From the sequence record OR983334.1: a stretch of 64,000 nucleotides of DNA, one strand, 5' to 3'. Under the pieces are notes generated by a model. It was not told the DNA's origin and ran no database searches. It was given only the letters and a program-made list of their open reading frames with translations. Shown piece by piece: positions 63,922-64,000 of the stretch. The stretch is from Escherichia phage 1-6bf. Positions within the stretch are counted from its first letter, which is position 1, and each line of letters opens with the position of its first letter. The position numbers and the translations under genes were made by a program.

Positions 63922-64000
63922 TTGGAGACAACATGCAAAACACATTAAGTGATAACTTAGGGTTTATCGTTTTCTCAGCTCTTGTGTTCTTTGGTGGTAT

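Noticed and set aside
1-64000. Lysogeny module (integrase, CI-like repressor, attP)
   Set aside because: No tyrosine or serine recombinase motifs or repressor-like gene recognised in any frame; the tRNA-like elements are flanked by homing endonuclease and early genes, not an integrase.

Overview
The window reads as a ~64 kb segment of a virulent tailed dsDNA phage genome; no integrase or repressor was recognised. All calls rest on reading the six-frame translations and DNA by eye, with no database search or folding program. Two divergent arms meet at a ~0.8 kb ORF-free control region (21.2-22.0 kb) carrying CCCCGT/GGTCTGT iterons and an AT-rich block. Left arm (minus strand, 1-21240): terminase small and large subunits, portal, scaffold, major capsid protein with an Ig-like extension apparently reached by a -1 frameshift (slippery heptamer G_GGA_AAG), a free-standing HNH endonuclease, tail fibers (one with a C-terminal S74-type chaperone domain), a T4-type endolysin, and the N-terminus of a lytic-transglycosylase internal virion protein running off the window. 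Right arm (plus strand, 22027-64000): early genes, a 1.7 kb ORF-free leader with two duplicated sigma70-type promoters, arrays of small paralogous proteins, two tRNA-like structured elements, and a T7-like replication module (gp4-like primase-helicase, family A DNA polymerase, gp2.5-like SSB). The polymerase is split into a separate exonuclease gene and a polymerase gene, and the polymerase gene is itself interrupted by an HNH-encoding insertion with the properties of a group I intron. Nucleotide-metabolism genes include dCTP deaminase, a ThyX-like protein with a KHQ substitution of the RHR motif, thioredoxin, PhoH, Dps and a metallophosphoesterase. The most unusual content is an enzyme cluster at 36.5-45.9 kb: two amidoligase-fold proteins, a class II glutamine amidotransferase fused to a Cys-rich domain with no canonical start before its catalytic Cys, an ATP-grasp ligase, a gamma-glutamyl cyclotransferase-like protein and several unknowns. 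I read it as a candidate amide/peptide-ligation modification pathway of unknown substrate.
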